From positions 4,128 through 68,127 of the forward strand of contig JBLRWK010000015.1 of NCBI GenBank assembly GCA_047921295.1: a stretch of 64,000 nucleotides of DNA. Reading direction: 5' to 3'. Within the stretch, counting starts at the first letter, position 1, and the number at the start of each line of letters is the position of its first letter. Source of the stretch: Rhodobacterales bacterium. Lineage in GTDB: Bacteria; Pseudomonadota; Alphaproteobacteria; Rhodobacterales; Rhodobacteraceae. Shown one piece after another: positions 56,076 to 64,000 of this stretch. The notes beneath the pieces were generated by a model. It was not told the origin of the DNA, did not search any database, and saw only the letters and a list, made by a program, of their open reading frames with translations. The translations under genes were made by a program, and so were the position numbers.

Positions 56076-57020
56076 TTATTCCTGATGTTCCGCCAAAAAG
56101 CGTTCAGCGTCCAGCGCCGCCATGCAACCCATGCCAGCCGAGGTCACGGCCTGCCGGTATTTGTGATCCGTCAGATCGCCCGCCGCGAAAATTCCCGGAA
56201 TCGACGTCTCTGTCGTGCCGGGCTTGACGGTGACATAGCCGCCGTTGTGCAACTCCAGCACATCCTTGACCAGTTCATTGGCAGGCGCATGGCCGATTGC
56301 CACGAAAACGCCCTTGCATGGGATTTCCGTGATAGCGCCCGTGTCCACATGCTTGACCCTTACGCCGGTGACGCCCATCGGGTTATCCTCGCCCACAACC
56401 TCTTCAAGCTGGTGGAACCACAGGGTTTCGATCTTGGGATGTTTGAACAGGCGGTCCTGCAGGATCTTTTCCGCCCGCAGGGAATCGCGCCGGTGGACCA
56501 GTGTCACCTTGGAGGCGAAGTTGGTCAGGAACAAAGCCTCTTCCACCGCCGTGTTGCCACCGCCGATCACGACAATCTCCTGCCCGCGATAGAAAAACCC
56601 GTCACAGGTGGCGCAGGCCGAGACGCCGAAGCCCTTGTAGGCTTCCTCGGAGGCCAGCCCCAGCCATTTGGCGCGCGCGCCGGTCGCAAGGATCACCGCA
56701 TCCGCCGTGTAGGTCGTGCCGCTGTCACCCTTGGCCACGAAAGGCCGCGTTGTGGTGTCGAGCGACACGATGATGTCGCCGATAACCTCGCAACCCATCG
56801 CCTTGGCGTGGTCCTGCATGCGGATCATCAGATCGGGGCCCTGCACCTCTGAATCGCCGGGCCAGTTTTCGACTTCCGTGGTCGTGGTCAACTGCCCGCC
56901 GGGTTCGATGCCCTGCACCAGAATCGGCTCCAGCATGGCGCGGCTTGCATAGACGCCTGCGGTATAGCCTGCGGGGCCCGAACCGATGATCAGAACCTTG
57001 GTGTGACGTGTCTCGGCCAT
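56076..57020 (-). CDS. trxB: thioredoxin-disulfide reductase
   Basis: The track ORF is 56076..57152. I prefer ATG 57020 ([22 protein letters not shown]). Contains the redox-active CATCDG and [13 protein letters not shown]. Confidence 0.9.
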   Translation of the reverse strand: MAETRHTKVLIIGSGPAGYTAGVYASRAMLEPILVQGIEPGGQLTTTTEVENWPGDSEVQGPDLMIRMQDHAKAMGCEVIGDIIVSLDTTTRPFVAKGDSGTTYTADAVILATGARAKWLGLASEEAYKGFGVSACATCDGFFYRGQEIVVIGGGNTAVEEALFLTNFASKVTLVHRRDSLRAEKILQDRLFKHPKIETLWFHQLEEVVGEDNPMGVTGVRVKHVDTGAITEIPCKGVFVAIGHAPANELVKDVLELHNGGYVTVKPGTTETSIPGIFAAGDLTDHKYRQAVTSAGMGCMAALDAERFLAEHQE

Positions 57021-57119
57021 CTGGGCTACCTCTGACTTGGAAATTGCTTTGGCGACTGCATATAGACCTGCCGTGCGGGGGCGGAAAGCCCTTTGCCGGA
57101 TTTCGCGCGATACTGCGGC

Positions 57120-57140
57120 GCGCTTTGCAAAACAAAGCGC
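57120..57140. promoter_or_regulatory. 21-bp palindrome in the trxB/lrp divergent promoter region (possible operator)
   Basis: GCGCTTTG-CAAAA-CAAAGCGC. It lies 100 nt upstream of both divergent start codons. Confidence 0.3.
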
Positions 57141-57239
57141 TTGCGGCGGCAAGCTGTAATGATCTTGCGCGACGGTGAAATAATATTGCGTGTGCTGGCG
57201 GCGATGCTATAAGAAATCGTCTTCAAGGAGAGCAGGACT

Positions 57240-57740
57240 ATGGCCGGAACGCGGCTCGACCCGATTGATCGGAAAATTCTGGCGGAACTGCAGGCCGATG
57301 GCCGCATGACCAATGTGGAATTGGCAAAGCGCGTGGGAATCTCTGCGCCACCCTGTCTGCGGCGTGTCCGTACGCTGGAGGAGGCCGGATATATCCGTGG
57401 CTATCACGCCAAGGTCGACCCGCGCGAACTGGGCTTCGAGGTGCAGGTCTTTGCCATGGTCGGGCTGCAAAGTCAGGCAGAGGCGGATCTGAGCGCTTTC
57501 GAGGCGCGCTGCCGCGCATGGCCGCTGGTCCGCGAGTGTCACATGCTGAACGGCGAGGTGGATTTCATCCTCAAATGTGTCGCCCCCGATCTGAGCACCT
57601 TCCAGTCGTTCCTGACAGAGCAACTGACCGCCGCCGACAATGTCGCCAGCGTCAAGACCAGTCTGGTGATCCGCGGCGCCAAGGATGAACCGGGGGTGCC
57701 CTTCGACATCCTCGAAGAACGCCTGAACCGTTCTGCCTAA
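57240..57740 (+). CDS. Lrp/AsnC family transcriptional regulator
   Basis: 166 aa. Contains LDPIDRKILAELQADGRMTNVELAKRVGISAPPCLRRVRTLEEAGYI and a C-terminal RAM/AsnC_trans_reg domain. Confidence 0.85.
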   Translation: MAGTRLDPIDRKILAELQADGRMTNVELAKRVGISAPPCLRRVRTLEEAGYIRGYHAKVDPRELGFEVQVFAMVGLQSQAEADLSAFEARCRAWPLVRECHMLNGEVDFILKCVAPDLSTFQSFLTEQLTAADNVASVKTSLVIRGAKDEPGVPFDILEERLNRSA

Positions 57741-57757
57741 ACTATTCAGCCTGAACC

Positions 57758-58693
57758 TCAGGCCGCAGTCAGGCTCCGCAAGGTTTCGAGCGTCGCACGC
57801 GGGTAGGTGAGCGGGCCGAAATCGTCCAGCGTGTTGATATGCGGGAACAGCGACAGGAACAGCGACAGCATGTTCGGCCCCATCCGCTGGTTCAGCCCGA
57901 CACCGGGGTGGAAGCTTTCCATCTCGATGCCTGACACCTTAATCGAGGCATGTCTGTCCAGACACAGGTGATACACCGTCACAGGGCGGGGCGGCATGAT
58001 GCGGATGGTGTTCATTCCGTCCTCGAAATCCGCCACAGGGGTCAGCACTTGGCCGGAGCGCGCGCCCTTGCCGTCAAGCTCGCGCAACGCGGCGGGGCGG
58101 TGCAGCATCCGGGCGCCGGGGCCAGCCATCACATCGGCCATCGGACGGCCCATGCCGAATGTATCGGCCATGATGCGGGTCATATGGGTCTGGTCGGGTG
58201 TTTCGAAGGGCGCATCGGGCAGGATGGTCATCGAACCGATCCACTGGACAGGGCGCAGACCGAATTCCGTGGTCTCGATCTCCATACCCGGCAAAAGATC
58301 CTCGATGGCGCAATGGCCCTGCGCGGTGTTGAGCAGCGTGCCGCGTGCGAAGGCGGAAAAGGCCGCCTCGAACAGCGGTGTGGCAGGCGCGACATGGCGG
58401 CTGGTGGCGATATCACCGTTGGGGGCCAGCGTGCTGACCTCGTAACGCCGCATCACGGGCTTTTTCTGCGGCACCATACCGGAGGGCAGGGGCGGGGCCT
58501 TGCGTGCAGGCAGCGGTGCGACGGCTCTGCTGCGCTGGGTTGAGCGGGGAGCTTCGCAATGCAGGGGTTTGACGGCGCTGTCGCGCGCATCTTGCAATTC
58601 AAGCGCACTGCCCTGCGGAACACGGGCAAGCGTGATTCCGGAAGACGTCTTTTGCTTTGCCAAATATTTGGCCGAGGGGGCATCAAATGCCAT
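57758..58693 (-). CDS. Hint (Hedgehog/intein-like) domain-containing protein
   Basis: The track ORF is 57758..58846. I prefer ATG 58693 (MAFDAPSAKY). TAQGHCAIEDLLPGMEIETTEFGLRPVQWIGSMTI...VYHLCLDRHASIKVSGIEMESF fits the Hint-domain layout common in Rhodobacteraceae. Confidence 0.7.
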   Translation of the reverse strand: MAFDAPSAKYLAKQKTSSGITLARVPQGSALELQDARDSAVKPLHCEAPRSTQRSRAVAPLPARKAPPLPSGMVPQKKPVMRRYEVSTLAPNGDIATSRHVAPATPLFEAAFSAFARGTLLNTAQGHCAIEDLLPGMEIETTEFGLRPVQWIGSMTILPDAPFETPDQTHMTRIMADTFGMGRPMADVMAGPGARMLHRPAALRELDGKGARSGQVLTPVADFEDGMNTIRIMPPRPVTVYHLCLDRHASIKVSGIEMESFHPGVGLNQRMGPNMLSLFLSLFPHINTLDDFGPLTYPRATLETLRSLTAA

Positions 58694-58970
58694 GCGGTTC
58701 ACCACTTCTTGGCGTCGCAGTCGTGTCGGCCCCCACCGACAACACCGAAAGGACTTTGGTTTCAGGTCTTTTTCAGTAATCCGACCTGACCCATTTTCGC
58801 CTTCTTTGTCAAAAATCAGCGATTTTAAGAAATGCACAGGCATCAATCAGCCCTTGAGGTGCCCTTTGGTTCGATTTGGCGAACAGAATTGCCACAATTT
58901 GATTCGATTGGCGACAGTGGATGTATTTGACAGCGATTTGCCCCGCTGCGCCAACATTCACATCTGGGCA

Positions 58971-59000
58971 CAAAAAAGACCGCCCTTTTCAGAGCGGCCT
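58971..59000 (-). terminator. rho-independent terminator after the 49-aa ORF
   Basis: The minus-strand RNA reads GGCCGCUC-UGAAAA-GGGCGGUC, then UUUUUUG. This is 8 bp including two G-U pairs. It lies 29 nt after the ORF stop. Confidence 0.7.
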
Positions 59001-59028
59001 AGGCGACACCTCGGGAGGAATCCACGTG

Positions 59029-59178
59029 TCAGGCGCGGCGGGCGATGGTGGGGCCGGTGTGACGTTTGATGATCATCGCGGCGCGGGTACCGCCGCGCTG
59101 CCAAGGCAAAGATGTGGCCGAGACCTCTTTGCTCTTCGCGGTCTCAAGGACTGATTTGATCCAGCGTTTCTGTTTCAT
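59029..59178 (-). CDS. small basic hypothetical protein (49 aa)
   Basis: Below the ORF-track size cutoff. My translation is MKQKRWIKSVLETAKSKEVSATSLPWQRGGTRAAMIIKRHTGPTIARRA. GGGGAGA lies 6 nt upstream of the ATG, and the ORF has its own terminator. I do not recognise a family. Confidence 0.45.
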   Translation of the reverse strand: MKQKRWIKSVLETAKSKEVSATSLPWQRGGTRAAMIIKRHTGPTIARRA

Positions 59179-59457
59179 CTGCGTCTCCCCGTTCTTTCAA
59201 CTTATCTGCCCGAAGGTGCGTTTGCTAAAGCTCAGGAAACAATATGCCCGCCCAATGCGGCATTGTTTTGACATTCAGGATGACAAAGCGTTTGAAACGC
59301 GGTTGCTGCACGATCGCGGAGCGATGGGATTTACCGGTGAATAAATCGAATAAAATCAGTATTTTGGAAAACTAAGCCGAAACAATCAGGCGGAATTGCG
59401 AGAATTGTCCACATTTTGCCGCGCCACCATGACGCGTAATGCCGTAATCTTGCCCGA

Positions 59458-60213
59458 TTACAGCCGGATGGACGCAATCAGCCGCCCGTAATCGGCCTCG
59501 CCAGCATGAGTGCTCCGGCGGTAGGAGAAGAATCGCTCCGGATCACTATAGGTGCAGTGGCGCGTCCATTCCGCGTGGCCTACTCCGGCGCTGCGCAAGC
59601 GGTGCAAACCAAAGCCGGGCAGGTCGAACAGCATGCGGTCACCATTGCCCTGCGCGAAAAACCGCGCCGTTTCGGGATCGTCCGAGACAAATTCCGCCAG
59701 AAACTCCGGCCCGACCTCATAGGCGCGCTGGCTGATCGTGGGGCCGATCACGGCATGTATATCCGCACGATTGGCACCCAGCCCCTCCATCGCCTCAACC
59801 GTGGCCTCCAGCACCCCATCCAGCGCACCGCGCCAGCCTGCATGGGCCGCCCCGATGACGCCTGTTTCCATGTCAGCGAACAGGACAGGCTGGCAATCCG
59901 CCGTCAGCACAGACAGGGCGAGACCGGGGGTCGCCGTCACGATAGCATCGGCGCGGGGTTTCTCGGCCAGTGGGCCTGTGACATGCGCCACCGTAGCCGA
60001 ATGCACCTGATGCACCGTGATCAAATGTTCCGGCTCGGTCTGCATCGCCTGCGCCACCCGCCCGCGGTTGATCGCAACAATCTCGGACTGGTCAGAGGAA
60101 CCGGGTCCGCAGTTCAGCCCTTGAAACACGCCGGAGGACGCCCCTCCGCGCCGGGTGAAAAACCCGTGCCTGAGTGGCGTCAGTGCATCCGATGTCAGGA
60201 TCTCGAGCGTCAT
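59458..60213 (-). CDS. pgeF: peptidoglycan editing factor PgeF (YfiH/laccase-domain family)
   Basis: 251 aa. Contains HGFFTRRGGASSGVFQGLNCG, LTADCQPVLF and AHAGWRG. Confidence 0.85.
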   Translation of the reverse strand: MTLEILTSDALTPLRHGFFTRRGGASSGVFQGLNCGPGSSDQSEIVAINRGRVAQAMQTEPEHLITVHQVHSATVAHVTGPLAEKPRADAIVTATPGLALSVLTADCQPVLFADMETGVIGAAHAGWRGALDGVLEATVEAMEGLGANRADIHAVIGPTISQRAYEVGPEFLAEFVSDDPETARFFAQGNGDRMLFDLPGFGLHRLRSAGVGHAEWTRHCTYSDPERFFSYRRSTHAGEADYGRLIASIRL

Positions 60214-60220
60214 ATGTGCC

Positions 60221-61294
60221 TCAGATCTCCAGTCCGGGTGGCGGATTTCCCGCGCTCGGGAATAACGCCACCACTTTGAAGAGAGTTCCCATTTCCTGCG
60301 GATGCGTCAAGCGGCGATGTGCGGCGATGTGGGCGTCCAGTGCCGCACCGTCCAGTTTCGCTGCCAATGCCTGCGCGCGGGCGGTGATGCCCAGCCGCTC
60401 AAGAAACACGCCCTGCGGCGTCACACGGGAATGCGCGCAGGCAAGGCCCGTTAGCAGTGCCTCGAAATCCACATGGGCGGTCAGATCGGCCGTGCCCGGC
60501 GCGTCAAGCGGATCGCATGGGGCGTGCCCGCGCAAAGCCTGCCACGTATCACCCAAGGACCGCCAGTCGCCGTAATCCACCACCAGAGCCGCGCCGCCGT
60601 GCGTTTCAATCCGGTCGGCAAGGACCTGCATGATGGGACCAGCGGCGGGGCAGACCTCCACAAGATCGCCCTCCGATGTATCATCCAGCCTGTGCGCCAG
60701 ACTGTCCTGCGCGCTGGGGGCGCTGCGTCCGAACTGTAGCTTGCCATCCTTGATGCCGATGCGTCGCTCGCTCCATCCGGCCCCGTCACGGATGAACTGG
60801 CGGATGGGCAGCGCGTCAAAGAACTCGTTGGCGATCAGCAGCAGCGGCAGTTCCGGCAAGCTCTCGGTCCGGTCGTGCCATGTGATGCGGTCAGCGGGAA
60901 GCAATCCATCCAGCGTGGCGGCCTGACGCGCCCGCAAAGCCGGGGAGGCTTCCACCAGATGGACCTGAACAGCATCGTGAAAGCCGGGCAGGCTGCGTGT
61001 GGCGCGCAGGATATCGGCCATCAGCGTGCCGCGTCCGGGTCCAAGCTCGGCCAGCACGCAGGGCGATGGCGCGCCCTGATCCAGCCATGACTGCGCGAGG
61101 CAAAGCCCGACCATCTCGCCGAACATCTGGCTGATCTCCGGCGCGGTGATGAAGTCACCCGCCGCACCAAAGGGATCGCGGGTCGTGTAGTAGCCAAGCG
61201 TCGGATGCAAAAGGCATTCGGTCATATAGTCGGCTACGGAAAGCGGCCCCTCAGCCGCGATCCGCGCCATGATGTGCCGCTTGAGATCGCTCAT
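60221..61294 (-). CDS. class I SAM-dependent methyltransferase (COG1565/NDUFAF7-like)
   Basis: 357 aa. Contains YYTTRDPFGAAGDFITAPEISQMFGEMVG, LAELGPGRGTLMADIL and ANEFFDALP. Confidence 0.8.
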   Translation of the reverse strand: MSDLKRHIMARIAAEGPLSVADYMTECLLHPTLGYYTTRDPFGAAGDFITAPEISQMFGEMVGLCLAQSWLDQGAPSPCVLAELGPGRGTLMADILRATRSLPGFHDAVQVHLVEASPALRARQAATLDGLLPADRITWHDRTESLPELPLLLIANEFFDALPIRQFIRDGAGWSERRIGIKDGKLQFGRSAPSAQDSLAHRLDDTSEGDLVEVCPAAGPIMQVLADRIETHGGAALVVDYGDWRSLGDTWQALRGHAPCDPLDAPGTADLTAHVDFEALLTGLACAHSRVTPQGVFLERLGITARAQALAAKLDGAALDAHIAAHRRLTHPQEMGTLFKVVALFPSAGNPPPGLEI

Positions 61295-62190
61295 GCAGGG
61301 ACGGGGGTGGCGCGCCGCCGCGCCATCACGATCAGCACGATTCCGGCGGCGAGCATCGGCAGCGACAGAACCTGGCCCATCGTGATCCCCGCCTCGCCGA
61401 GCCGGATGGCGTGCCCCATCGGATTGTCGGGCGTGATGAATTGCGGATCGGCCTGCCGGAAATACTCCACAATGAACCTTGCCGCGCCGTAACCCGCCAG
61501 AAACACCCCGGTGATCTGCCCCGGCACTTTCAGCGCATCGCGCCGGAAGGCCAGCCAGAGCATCACCGCCAGCAGCAACGCCCCCTCAAGACCGGCCTGA
61601 TAAAGCTGCGAGGGATGGCGGGCGCAGACACCGATCACGTCCGCACAATCCTGCGCCGCTGCTCCCGGAAATACGACGCCCCACGGCACATCGGTCGGGC
61701 GGCCCCACAACTCGCCATTGATGAAATTCGCCAGCCGCCCCAGCATTAGCCCCACGGGCACGCCAAGCGCGATCGCATCGGCAGCCCCAAGGCGCGGGAT
61801 CTTGTGGCGGGCGGTATAGATCCACGCCGCCACGACAACCCCCAGAAACCCGCCATGAAAGGCCATGCCGCCCTGCCAGACCATCGGGATCTGACCTGGA
61901 TTGGCCAGATAATAGGCAGGCTGATAGAACAGCACAAAGCCCAGACGCCCGCCGACGATGATGCCGATGATGATCCATGTCAGCAGATCCTCGATCTGCG
62001 CCTTTGTCATTGGAGGCACATTGGCGCGCCACAGCGCAGGGCGGCGGATCGCGGCAAGGCTGATCTGCCACGCGAGCACGATCCCCGCGATATAGGCCAG
62101 CGCATACCAGCGCAGGGCGAGTTCGAACCCGAACAGGGTGATCGAAAAAATCTCGGGCGAGATTTCGGGAAAGGGGATCATTGCGCGCAT
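61291..62190 (-). CDS. lgt: prolipoprotein diacylglyceryl transferase
   Basis: 299 aa. Contains LALRWYALAYIAG, FHGGFLGVVVA, LGRLANFINGELWGRPT and HPSQLYQAGLEG. Confidence 0.9.
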   Translation of the reverse strand: MRAMIPFPEISPEIFSITLFGFELALRWYALAYIAGIVLAWQISLAAIRRPALWRANVPPMTKAQIEDLLTWIIIGIIVGGRLGFVLFYQPAYYLANPGQIPMVWQGGMAFHGGFLGVVVAAWIYTARHKIPRLGAADAIALGVPVGLMLGRLANFINGELWGRPTDVPWGVVFPGAAAQDCADVIGVCARHPSQLYQAGLEGALLLAVMLWLAFRRDALKVPGQITGVFLAGYGAARFIVEYFRQADPQFITPDNPMGHAIRLGEAGITMGQVLSLPMLAAGIVLIVMARRRATPVPA

Positions 62191-62286
62191 CTGCGTCTGT
62201 CTGCCTCGGGGCTAAAGGATGGTCAACCTTGTGAACCGCCCAAACGCGGCCCATATAGGGCCTAAAGGTAACGCTGGAGAGCCGCA

Positions 62287-62532
62287 ATGCAGACGCGCAA
62301 CAAAATTCTGGACGACATATCACAACTGATGACCAATGCGATGGGTGTCGCACAGGGCGCCAAGGACGAGGCGGAGACGGCGATGAAGTCGATGATCGAC
62401 CGCTGGCTTGCCGACCGCGACTTTGTCACCCGTGAGGAATTCGACGCAGTGCGGGCCATGGCGCAGAAGGCGCGCGAGGAGAATGCCGCGCTCAAGGCAC
62501 GTCTCGACGCGCTGGAAACAAAGGGCAAGTAA
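62287..62532 (+). CDS. ubiK: accessory factor UbiK family protein
   Basis: 81 aa. Contains LDDISQLMTNAMGVAQG, DFVTREEFDAVRAM and a coiled-coil C-terminus. Confidence 0.8.
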   Translation: MQTRNKILDDISQLMTNAMGVAQGAKDEAETAMKSMIDRWLADRDFVTREEFDAVRAMAQKAREENAALKARLDALETKGK

Positions 62533-62561
62533 CCCTCACGCCATTGCGACGCATGACGATC

Positions 62562-62595
62562 ACGCGCGCCTCGCAAGGGGTGCGCGTTTTTGTTT
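62562..62595 (+). terminator. rho-independent terminator of ubiK
   Basis: ACGCGCGCC-8 nt-GGTGCGCGT, then TTTTTGTTT. This is a 9-bp stem with one G-U pair. It lies 30 nt after the stop. Confidence 0.75.
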
Positions 62596-62644
62596 GCAAT
62601 GAACGGAAGCTTTGCCGGGTCGGTTCCCGTCCGAGGCCGGGCAT

Positions 62645-62667
62645 GGATATTTGGAGCAAGAAGAAGC
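62645..62667 (+). repeat. dispersed intergenic repeat, copy E (core)
   Basis: GGATATTTGGAGCAAGAAGAAGC, 21/23 identical to the copy B core. It lies 112 nt after the ubiK stop, downstream of the canonical terminator. Confidence 0.8.
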
Positions 62668-62885
62668 CGCAGCGCGTCTATGCCGCAGCTTTAATCACGA
62701 TGCTGTAGTATTTGCATGATCATCCACAGCTTATTGTAGTTATCCCCAAAATATTGCTTTACAGGGCGGGCGACCCATACCACCATATCTGGTAGGGACA
62801 TGAGGAATAGCCTCCGTCCTTTGAGCAGGCACCTAGCAGTTGGGGCGGGAAAACGCACCAGTGCTACAGGCAGAGAGGTGGCGCC

Positions 62886-63386
62886 ATGGCACTATCCGAG
62901 CATTACCTAGAGGATGACATTCACCCCATCGATATCGTCGAGAATATCGCCGAATATCACGATTGGGATTTCGACCGGATCGGTCAGGACCAGATCGCCA
63001 TGGCGGTCGAAGGCCAGTGGCGCACCTATTCGATCACGCTGGCTTGGTCCAGCTATGACGAGACGCTGCGCCTGATCTGCACCTTCGAGATGGAACCTCC
63101 CGAGGCGCGCTTGCCGCAGCTTTACGAGGCGCTGAACCTTGTGAACGATCAGTGCTGGGCCGGTGCTTTCTCCTTCTGGGCGGCGCAAAAGCTGATGGTC
63201 TGGCGGTACGGGCTTGTCCTGTCGGGCGAGCAGGTGGCCAGCCCCGAGCAGATCGACACGCTGATCTCGGCGGCGGTGATGAGCGCGGAGCGCTATTATC
63301 CGGCCTTCCAGCTGGTGGTCTGGGGCGAGCAATCCCCGGCCGATGCGATTCAGGTCGCCATTGCAGAGGCCTACGGCCGCGCGTAA
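62886..63386 (+). CDS. YbjN domain-containing protein
   Basis: 166 aa. Contains IDIVENIAEYHDWDFDRIGQDQIAMAVEGQWRTYSITLAW and CWAGAFSFW. From memory it typically precedes proC in alphaproteobacteria. Confidence 0.75.
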   Translation: MALSEHYLEDDIHPIDIVENIAEYHDWDFDRIGQDQIAMAVEGQWRTYSITLAWSSYDETLRLICTFEMEPPEARLPQLYEALNLVNDQCWAGAFSFWAAQKLMVWRYGLVLSGEQVASPEQIDTLISAAVMSAERYYPAFQLVVWGEQSPADAIQVAIAEAYGRA

Positions 63387-63426
63387 CACTTCCCCCCGAC
63401 GCAAAACAGCCGAGGGGGGACATCCT

Positions 63427-64000
63427 ATGGATATGACAGAGCTTGGCCGCAGGGGGCTGGTACTTCTGGGCTGTGGCAAGATGGGTTCTGCCATGCTGGC
63501 GGGCTGGCTGGCGCGCGGATTGTCGCCGCAAGGGGTCTGGGTGATCGATCCCAACCCGACCGACTGGCTGCGCGAGACCGGCGTGCAGATCAACACCGCT
63601 TTGCCGGAGGCGCCTGCCATCGTGATCGTCGCGGTCAAGCCGCAGATGATGGGCGATGCCTTGCCGGTGCTGGCCGCTATGGGCAATGGCGAGACCCTGT
63701 TTGTCTCGGTGGCTGCGGGCACGCCTCTGGCGCGGTTCGCGCAGGTGCTGGGCGCGCAAACTCCGATCATCCGCGCCATGCCGAACACGCCTGCCGCTGT
63801 AGGGCGCGGGATCACAGCGATCATCGGCAATGACCATGCAGGGGCCGCCCAGATGGAACTGGCCGAGGCGCTGCTGTCCGCCGTGGGGCAGGTGGTCCGG
63901 CTGGAGCGGGAGGAGCAGATGGATGCGGTCACCGGCCTGTCAGGCTCCGGTCCGGCCTATGTGTTCCACCTGATCGAGACGATGGCCGCAGCAGGCGAGG
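63427..64000 (+). CDS. proC: pyrroline-5-carboxylate reductase; 3' end lies outside the window
   Basis: Not in the ORF track because it is open-ended. My translation is MDMTELGRRGLVLLGCGKMGSAMLAGWL...VAVKPQMM...IIRAMPNTPAAVGRGITAI...TGLSGSGPAYVFHLIETM. Confidence 0.85.
   Translation, partial: MDMTELGRRGLVLLGCGKMGSAMLAGWLARGLSPQGVWVIDPNPTDWLRETGVQINTALPEAPAIVIVAVKPQMMGDALPVLAAMGNGETLFVSVAAGTPLARFAQVLGAQTPIIRAMPNTPAAVGRGITAIIGNDHAGAAQMELAEALLSAVGQVVRLEREEQMDAVTGLSGSGPAYVFHLIETMAAAGE

Overview
High-GC (roughly 60-65% by eye) alphaproteobacterial chromosomal segment with Rhodobacteraceae-like gene content: a Hint-domain protein, RpoH, an FeS-type cryptochrome/photolyase, DUF1150 after hsp20, and glnD-murJ-trpS and mreBCD-mrdA-rodA synteny. 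I call 59 protein-coding genes. Two are open at the window edges and one is shorter than the ORF-track cutoff. Nearly all are housekeeping genes: cell envelope (murJ, mreBCD-mrdA-rodA, lgt, pgeF, LpoA-like, L,D-transpeptidase, kdsA-kpsE-kpsT), cofactors (coaBC, cobU/cobC, nadE, MoeB-like, gshB, ubiK), metabolism (purEK, dut, leuA, proC, sat-cysC) and stress (rpoH, hsp20, usp, trxB). I saw no rRNA, tRNA, CRISPR array, transposase, integrase or phage gene, and no obvious defence or secondary-metabolite cluster. The most unusual signals are non-coding or small. (1) A dispersed 23-40 nt repeat, GGATATTTSRRGCAAGAAGAARC, has six good copies plus a diverged head-to-head pair, and every good copy lies just 3' of a same-sense stop codon. 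(2) A Leu-rich 29-codon leader ORF with overlapping stems lies upstream of leuA. (3) A sigma32-type promoter and a ROSE-like SD-masking hairpin lie upstream of hsp20. (4) A strong orphan terminator follows about 290 nt of untranslated sequence. (5) A lower-GC single-gene islet encodes a membrane-anchored DUF4274-like protein. (6) A rhomboid-fold protein has no His available for the canonical catalytic dyad. Several ORF-track ORFs were trimmed to internal starts, and many long antisense ORFs were rejected as GC artefacts. All fold, GC and homology statements come from reading the sequence and from memory; nothing was computed or searched.
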